Shown in pieces: positions 58,601 through 64,000 of a stretch of 64,000 bases of DNA; position 1 is the stretch's first letter; each line of letters opens with the position of its first letter. The notes under the pieces were generated by a model, which ran no database searches, had not been told where the DNA came from, and worked only from the letters and a program-made list of their open reading frames with translations. The position numbers were made by a program, and so were the translations under genes. Location of the stretch: positions 80,990-144,989 of the forward strand of contig CAZUGO010000030.1 of NCBI GenBank assembly GCA_964619935.1, given 5' to 3'. This stretch comes from an uncultured Planctomycetales bacterium (GTDB lineage: Bacteria > Planctomycetota > Phycisphaerae > UBA1845 > CAIVHJ01).

Positions 58601-59632
58601 CTACGGCCAGATCAGGCTGTCGGTGAAGGCGTTGATGCCCTCGTTCCCGCTGGAAAACAGAGACTGGTACCCGGGATACACCGGGGTCCCGGTGGCTTTG
58701 GGATATTCGCCCCACTGGATCGGCCGTTCGAACACATCACCCTGAGCGAGGGTCGGATCGATGCGTGTGTAGATGTTGTCCTTGTCCACACCCCCGATCG
58801 GCTTGGTCACGAAATTGGCATGAGCATCAGGGAACAGCATGCTCTGCCCCAGACCCTGGCCCTGGCCGCCGTGGTTGTTGGAGTTCCACAGCCGCCACTC
58901 CTCGGGCGTGTTGTTGTGATCGGGATTCTCGTCCTGCAGCTTCTGGTACAGGAACGCGGCCGAGTCGACCACGGCGTCGGTGAAGAACTGCAGACTGGTG
59001 GCGGTCGAGTTGCTGGCCTCGGCCTCCACGATGCTCGGGGCGCTCCACGGACCACGGTCGGCCACCAGCACCATCCGCGGATCGACGTCGGCGCTGGGCT
59101 TGCAGTCGTTGGTGTCATCGTAAGGCACCTGGTAGCCGTAGCTTGAGGTCCCGAAACCGATGAAGTCGTAGTACGTGGCCACGTCGACCGTCGGATCGAC
59201 CGTGTCGTTGGTGCTCGGGCACACGAAGCTCTTGGGCACGATGCTGCCAGACCGGACCAGGAGCCACAGCGAGCGGGTGGTCGAGACCACGCTGCTGCCA
59301 GCGACACCGCCCAAGGTCTCGATGTCGCGATTCGGCCCGGTCGGCCCGGCCGGATCGGTCGTCTCGCCTCCGCCCATGTTGCCGATGTACTCCACAACCG
59401 GCGGCGAGCCCGGCGTGTTGGACCGGTACGGCGCGGTGGGGAACACGCCCAGGTTGTCTTCCTGGTAGATGTAGCAGGACGTGCCGACGCTGCGGACGTT
59501 GCTGGTGCAGACCGTCTGTTTGCTCAGCTCCCTGGCCTTTGCCAAACTGGGCAGCAGAATAGAGATCAGCAGCGCAATGATCGCGACCACCACCAGTAGC
59601 TCGATGAGCGTAAATGCTTTTTTCTGTGACAT
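58601..59632 (-). CDS. Prepilin-type N-terminal cleavage/methylation protein with a DUF1559-like C-terminal domain (pseudopilin)
   Basis: ORF 58601..59797 trimmed to ATG 59632 (MSQKKAFTLIELLVVVAIIALLISILLPSL). C-terminal SNNHGGQGQGLGQSMLFPDAHANFV resembles the DUF1559 motif common in Planctomycetota. Confidence 0.85.
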   Translation of the reverse strand: MSQKKAFTLIELLVVVAIIALLISILLPSLAKARELSKQTVCTSNVRSVGTSCYIYQEDNLGVFPTAPYRSNTPGSPPVVEYIGNMGGGETTDPAGPTGPNRDIETLGGVAGSSVVSTTRSLWLLVRSGSIVPKSFVCPSTNDTVDPTVDVATYYDFIGFGTSSYGYQVPYDDTNDCKPSADVDPRMVLVADRGPWSAPSIVEAEASNSTATSLQFFTDAVVDSAAFLYQKLQDENPDHNNTPEEWRLWNSNNHGGQGQGLGQSMLFPDAHANFVTKPIGGVDKDNIYTRIDPTLAQGDVFERPIQWGEYPKATGTPVYPGYQSLFSSGNEGINAFTDSLIWP

Positions 59633-59987
59633 GGGATGAACACTCCAAATCAACGTACGATTCGTGAGTCTGGCGAATATCGTCCGGGGGCCACGGGAAG
59701 TGGCGCCTTTGCCTGGCTTCGATTGGCCGCCCGGCGGTTCCGGTGACAGGGTCACCCCGCCGGTCGGGCACCACGGTCGAATCCGCTCAAACCGCACGCC
59801 GTCTTACCCCAGTGCTCGGCCAGGACGGCTGACTGAATGAACAAGAACCGCAGGCTCGATCGAAGCGCTTCATCTCGGTGACGCGGGGGGAAAGCGATAC
59901 GATGGCATCTTGAAATCTACGGATGGATCGCGATGTATGATGCGCACTGCAATAATGAATCGATACGAGGTTTTTCTTCCCCCGTGT

Positions 59988-60025
59988 CACATCCATATGA
60001 TAGAAGGGATGTGGCGACCTGTCAA
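59988..60025 (-). promoter_or_regulatory. Near-consensus sigma-70-type promoter with an inverted repeat bracketing the -10
   Basis: The minus strand reads TTGACA (60025-60020), a 17-nt spacer, then TATCAT (60002-59997). Arms CACATCC (60013-60007) and GGATGTG (59994-59988) flank the -10 hexamer. Confidence 0.5.
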
Positions 60026-60100
60026 TTCGACGGTCTCGCCGGCGATGCCGTAACTCTTTGCAGTTCAATCCATTCGACCCCATGAACCGCCGACCGAGAT

Positions 60101-61111
60101 TCACAGCCCGGTCACCGCCAGCCTCTGGATCTTGCGGAAGTCGGCATGACCCAGCCCGCGGCGGGCGGTCTCCTCCAGCAGCGGGACCTGCAATGCCGGC
60201 AAGTGGTGGGTGGCGCGAATGGCGTTCAGCACTTCCAGGGCCACGGCATCGACGGCCACCGCGTCCGACCCCATGAGCAGCACTCCGGTGGGGTCCACGG
60301 ACGACGGCTCGACCAACGGCCCTCCGGTGTACACGCTGCATAGGCCGTTGACGATGTTCAGACGGATCTTGCCCCGGACATCGGCCAACTGATAGAGGTC
60401 GGCCAATTGCGGCACGCCCCCATTGTAGTGGTACCGCCCCGGGTGCTTCAGCAGGGCATAGGTCGCGTTCTTGAGGCTGCAGCTCAGCCCCAGCAGATTG
60501 TCGTCCATTAACAGCGGAACATTGATGATGGCGCTGACCTGCTGCACGAAACTGCTGACCTGGTCCTGAGCTTCGCCCAAGCGGATCGATTCGCTCCAGC
60601 CAAACCGTGGCGTGCGGACCCCAAGGCCTTCGGCCAGGCCCGCCGGGGCCCCGCGAACCACCAGGTGCTGCGGGGGCCAACCGGACTCCACCAACGACTT
60701 GACGATGACCCCGGCCAGCGGGCCCGTCGTGCTCAACACTCCGGCGCCGCCGGAATCAAGGTTGATCCCGATGATGTCGTCCGGATGCAGGAACCGCAAC
60801 CAGCCGCGTCGGACCGAGTCGGTCGCAGAGATGACTTTCAGCGACTCCGCGAACATCTCGCGCAGGATCACCAGGCGAATCTCCACCGCGTTGCTGACGA
60901 TCTCCGACTGGGCGCGCACGACGACGGATCGGGGCTTGCCGCGGCGGGTCCGGGTCGCGGTGCGAATGGCCGAGGCGGCCACATCACCCAGCAACTGCCC
61001 GGCGGACATCAGCCCGGCGGCGGTGGCCAGGGCGCCCGCTCGCAGGAATCGCCGGCGGGTGACGCCGGTGGATGGTTGTCGCATGCGGTGTTGTCCGTTA
61101 CGCTTGGCCAT
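60101..61111 (-). CDS. Tat-signal protein with a DUF362-like domain
   Basis: ORF 60101..61564 trimmed to ATG 61111 (MAKRNGQHRMRQPSTGVTRRRFLRAGALATAAGL, a twin-arginine motif); ATG 61084 is an alternative. The remainder resembles DUF362 proteins. The family call is from memory. Confidence 0.7.
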   Translation of the reverse strand: MAKRNGQHRMRQPSTGVTRRRFLRAGALATAAGLMSAGQLLGDVAASAIRTATRTRRGKPRSVVVRAQSEIVSNAVEIRLVILREMFAESLKVISATDSVRRGWLRFLHPDDIIGINLDSGGAGVLSTTGPLAGVIVKSLVESGWPPQHLVVRGAPAGLAEGLGVRTPRFGWSESIRLGEAQDQVSSFVQQVSAIINVPLLMDDNLLGLSCSLKNATYALLKHPGRYHYNGGVPQLADLYQLADVRGKIRLNIVNGLCSVYTGGPLVEPSSVDPTGVLLMGSDAVAVDAVALEVLNAIRATHHLPALQVPLLEETARRGLGHADFRKIQRLAVTGL

Positions 61112-61220
61112 GGGCTCGGCGTGGCCGGCGGATCCGGCCCAGGCGCACGACCTCTGTGGGGTGTATCGGCAAAGAACGTCGCCGATTTCAGGAAGCGATC
61201 CGACGCCACAGGACCACACC

Positions 61221-62603
61221 ATGAATCTGGAAGACCAGCGCCGGCACCTCGAACAGCATGGGCAATCACACCTGCTGCACTTCTGGGACCAGCTCACCGA
61301 GCCGCAACGGGCCCTGCTGCTGTCCGATCTGGCGGCCATCGACTGGGCGGCATGGGGCGACTGCCTGCGAATGCAGCCCTCCGCCGCACCTGAGTTCAGC
61401 ACCAGACTGCGGCCCCCGGCGGCGCTGCCGGCCGAGCAGGAACCCGCGGCCCGCCTGGCCGGCGAGCAACTGCTTCGCGACGGCGCCGTGGCCGCCCTGA
61501 CCGTTGCCGGTGGCCAAGGGTCGCGGCTGGGCTTCGACGGCCCCAAGGGCATGTTTCCAATCACGCCGCTGCGGCGGGCGTCGCTGTTTCAACTCTTTGC
61601 CGAATCGATCCTGGCAACGGAACGCCGCTACGAGTGCGCCGCGCCGTGGTTCATCATGACCAGCCCACAGAATCACGACACGACCACCGCCTTCTTCCAG
61701 GCGCAGCGCTGGTTCGGCCTGGATCCGGACCGCGTGCATTTCTTCCGCCAGGGCGCCCTGCCGGTGCGCTCGCTGGACGGCAAGATCCTGCTGGCCGATC
61801 GCCATCGCATTGCCCAGGCGCCCGACGGCCACGGCGGGACGCTGACCGCCTTGCAGCGCAGCGGTGGACTCGAACGCCTGCTGCAGTCCGGCATCCGCTA
61901 CGTCAGCTACTTCCAGGTCGACAACCCGCTGGTCAAGCCGCTGGATCCCCAGTTCCTGGGAACTGCCCAGCGCCACGGAGCTGAGGCCGCCGTCAAGGTG
62001 ACCCGCAAGGCCGACCCTGACGAAGCGGTGGGGGTTCTGGTGGATGACGACGGCACCCTCCGCGTCGTGGAGTATCTGGACATGCCCGACACCCTCCGCC
62101 GGCAGCAGGCGGCCGACGGAACCGCGCGGTTCGACCTGGCGAACATGGCGGTGCATCTGTTCGAGACCGGCTTTCTGCAGCGGGTGGCCACTTCCACCCA
62201 CGGATTGCCCTGGCACGCGGTCCGGCGATCCGTATCCCACGTCGATCCCGCATCGGGGGCCGACCTCAAGCCCGACGAGCCCAACGCCATCAAGCTGGAG
62301 CGGTTTATCTTCGACATCCTGCCGCTGGCCCGCCGGAGCCTGATCTACGAAGTCCAGCGCCCCGAGGAGTTCAGTCCGGTCAAGAATTCCCGCGGCCGCG
62401 ACACCCCGCAGCAGGCCCACCGCGACCAGGTTCGCCGGGCGTGGCACTGGCTGGAACAGTGCGGGGTCACCCCACCACCCGATCCGCGCCCCGACGTCGA
62501 GATCAGTCCGCTCTTCGCGCTCGATGTCGGCCAACTTCGCGAGCGACTGACCTCCTGCGAGCGCCTCGAGTGCGGCACAGCGCTGTACCTGGGCCCGCGG
62601 TGA
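61221..62603 (+). CDS. UDPGP-family (UAP1-type) UDP-N-acetylhexosamine pyrophosphorylase
   Basis: ORF 60612..62603 trimmed to ATG 61221 (MNLEDQRRHLEQHGQSHLLHFWDQL). Motifs LTVAGGQGSRLGFDGPKGMFPI and YFQVDNPLVK match the eukaryote-type UAP1/AGX signature rather than GlmU. Confidence 0.85.
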   Translation: MNLEDQRRHLEQHGQSHLLHFWDQLTEPQRALLLSDLAAIDWAAWGDCLRMQPSAAPEFSTRLRPPAALPAEQEPAARLAGEQLLRDGAVAALTVAGGQGSRLGFDGPKGMFPITPLRRASLFQLFAESILATERRYECAAPWFIMTSPQNHDTTTAFFQAQRWFGLDPDRVHFFRQGALPVRSLDGKILLADRHRIAQAPDGHGGTLTALQRSGGLERLLQSGIRYVSYFQVDNPLVKPLDPQFLGTAQRHGAEAAVKVTRKADPDEAVGVLVDDDGTLRVVEYLDMPDTLRRQQAADGTARFDLANMAVHLFETGFLQRVATSTHGLPWHAVRRSVSHVDPASGADLKPDEPNAIKLERFIFDILPLARRSLIYEVQRPEEFSPVKNSRGRDTPQQAHRDQVRRAWHWLEQCGVTPPPDPRPDVEISPLFALDVGQLRERLTSCERLECGTALYLGPR

Positions 62604-62615
62604 TCCGCCCCTGGG

Positions 62616-63050
62616 TCACACTGGGGGCGGCGGCGGCGGTTTCTGACGTTTGACGATCTTCGAGAGTTGCAGGCGGGCTTCGCGGAGCAGCTCCCCGTGG
62701 CAGCGCAACTGCACGCGGTACTGGCCGGGCTCGGGAAACACCAGCCCCGCAAAGTGCAGGTTGAGGCAGGCCACCGCCCGGGGGTTGTTGAATTCCAGGG
62801 TTGCCGCCCCGTGGGCCACGGGTGGGCGGGCATCATCCGCATCGACCACCCGCAACTCCAGCGGCGTGCGCCCGTGACCGTCGGTCAGGGCCGCGAACAC
62901 CCACAACTGCGGATGCCGAACCGGAAACTGGGTGGCCCCGATGTTGCTGAACAGGCCGATCAGGGAAGTCTTGCCGGTCAGTCGATCGACCAGGATCTGG
63001 TCACACACCAGCAGCGATAACACATCAGGTTTGACACGGTGGTTGAGCAC
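62616..63050 (-). CDS. Hypothetical protein, DUF6941-like pattern
   Basis: LSLLVCDQILVDRLTGKTSLIGLFSNIGATQFP...PEPGQYRVQLRCHGELL. Preferred start is GTG 63050, preceded by GAGGAG overlapping the stop of the upstream small ORF. ATG 63098 is an alternative. Poly-Pro C-terminus. Confidence 0.55.
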   Translation of the reverse strand: MLNHRVKPDVLSLLVCDQILVDRLTGKTSLIGLFSNIGATQFPVRHPQLWVFAALTDGHGRTPLELRVVDADDARPPVAHGAATLEFNNPRAVACLNLHFAGLVFPEPGQYRVQLRCHGELLREARLQLSKIVKRQKPPPPPPV

Positions 63051-63057
63051 GGGCTCC

Positions 63058-63261
63058 TCATGACCGCCGGGAACCGCATCCGCGGCCGCGGCCTTCATCG
63101 ATCTCGACGTCGGTGACGTCGCGCGGGGTGTCGGCGTCCTCATCGGTTTCGCGATCGCGGTCGGCCTCATACGCTTCCAGACCCTCCGGCGGCGGAAAGG
63201 CCTTGAGCGGGTCCAGTACCGGATCGTTCGCGGCGCACAACATTGCGAGTTTCGGTTCCAT
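63058..63261 (-). CDS. Possible small acidic protein
   Basis: ATG 63261 (MEPKLAMLCAANDPVLDPLKAFPPPEGLEAYEADRDRETDEDADTPRDVTDVEIDEG...). Its stop sits 8 nt before the GTG of the next gene. No homology recognised. Confidence 0.3.
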   Translation of the reverse strand: MEPKLAMLCAANDPVLDPLKAFPPPEGLEAYEADRDRETDEDADTPRDVTDVEIDEGRGRGCGSRRS

Positions 63262-63472
63262 GCGCCGGTAAGTGTCCAGCTTAGTGGGCAGATCCGCCCG
63301 CGCCCAGGCCCTGGCCCTTATACACCCGGTTGATTCTCGGGGGCCCACACCGCGGCCGGCAGCCGATCGGGGGCCGGTGCCAGCCGCGAATCGTGCATCA
63401 GGGCTCGGAAGTCGGCCAGCCGCTGCGCCGGAATCACGCGCTTCTTAACCGCCGACAACAGGCATAGTCGCC

Positions 63473-64000
63473 TCACTGCAGCGTCAGCGTCGCAGGCTCG
63501 CTTACCGCACATTGCCCAACCGAATCGCTGACGACGCAATCATATTCACCCACATCAGCAGAACCCGTGTTTAGAATCAGCACTGCAAATGAGGTCGAGC
63601 CGATGATGTGCTCCGAATCAACAAGGGCCTTGCCGTCCTTTCGCCATTGAAAGGTCGGAAGGTTGCCCATGACGCTGACCGCAAAGATGGCAATGCCGCC
63701 TGGCTCCCCGATGACGTCCTCCGGCTGAATATTGAATTTCGGGCCAGGGTCGGCCGGGCACTCATCTACGATGCCGTTGTTGTTGCAATCCACATCCGGA
63801 TTCTCGGCGATTTCACAGCTGTCAGCTTGCCCGTTGCCGTTGCAGTCCACCTCACACTCATCGGGAACACCGTTGCCCGTACAGTCCTCGCTAAGGCCAA
63901 ATTCGATGTCGCAGCTATCGGCCTGGCCGGTCCCATTGCAGTCCGGTTCGCACTCGTCCGGGGTGCCGTTCCCGGAGCAGTCTTCCGATTGGCCCATGGC
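63473..64000 (-). CDS. Secreted repeat protein (partial; N-terminus lies beyond the window): Cys/Asp TSP3-like repeats plus a C-terminal Ig-like domain
   Basis: Repeats SEDC-GNG-PDECE-DCNG-GQADSC-I occur at least twice, followed by DCNNNGIVDEC. The C-terminal 90 aa (PKFNIQPEDV...FQWRKDGKAL...VGEYDCVVSD...ATLTLQ) has an I-set Ig pattern. The reading frame is open to the window edge. Confidence 0.7.
   Translation of the reverse strand, partial: AMGQSEDCSGNGTPDECEPDCNGTGQADSCDIEFGLSEDCTGNGVPDECEVDCNGNGQADSCEIAENPDVDCNNNGIVDECPADPGPKFNIQPEDVIGEPGGIAIFAVSVMGNLPTFQWRKDGKALVDSEHIIGSTSFAVLILNTGSADVGEYDCVVSDSVGQCAVSEPATLTLQ

Noticed and set aside
59787-59873. A 28-codon uORF (MKRFDRACGSCSFSQPSWPSTGVRRRAV) in the pseudopilin leader.
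   Set aside because: No Shine-Dalgarno sequence and no recognisable peptide family. It is mentioned under the leader finding but not called as a gene.
63318-63539. A 73-aa minus-strand ORF between the Ig-repeat gene and the acidic small ORF.
   Set aside because: It overlaps the 3' end of the Ig-repeat gene in another frame. It is Arg/Ala-rich and has no SD or motif.

Overview
This is a GC-rich bacterial chromosomal window with tightly packed genes. The gene content suggests a flagellated member of the Planctomycetota: a DUF1559-type pseudopilin, Cys/Asp-repeat plus Ig-like secreted proteins, and a C-x2-C zinc-ribbon membrane protein. That placement is an inference, not a search result. All product calls come from motifs I recognised by eye in the supplied translations; no database search was run.

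Layout, left to right:
- addB-addA
- putA
- a three-gene minus-strand operon built around a membrane delta-9 desaturase
- dapF
- an 850-bp non-coding gap holding a phase-locked 22-bp repeat array, flanked by two orphan genes
- a roughly 23-kb single-strand flagellar superoperon (flgB to fliA, 16441-39638, minus strand) in Firmicutes/spirochaete-like gene order
- directly upstream of it, an operon encoding a TPR protein, a FlgN-like protein, a cytoplasmic histidine kinase and a sigma-54 activator
- acnA, a degP-like gene, fbp, a CPBP protease gene, an endonuclease-III-like gene, and tRNA-Leu(GAG)
- a dksA-like-lspA-ribD-GT2-wecB gene string
- several orphan envelope or secreted protein genes and a UAP1-type sugar-nucleotide pyrophosphorylase gene

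I found no rRNA, CRISPR array, transposase, integrase, prophage or recognisable defence or toxin-antitoxin module.

The most unusual items are:
- the 22-bp phased array of a conserved core at 14604-14737
- the flagellar superoperon, which has no fliM at the fliL/fliN junction and is coupled to a FlgS/FlgR-like sigma-54 pair, with -24/-12 motifs in front of flgB and flgE
- the operon pairing an IscA-like small protein and a His/Glu-rich helical protein with the desaturase
- a DksA2-like protein with a Lys/Ala-rich histone-H1-like N-terminal tail
- a secreted protein with an internally duplicated 90-residue domain
- a canonical promoter with an operator palindrome and a leader of about 350 nt in front of a pseudopilin gene

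None of these is proven to be a new system. Each entry states what would support or refute it.
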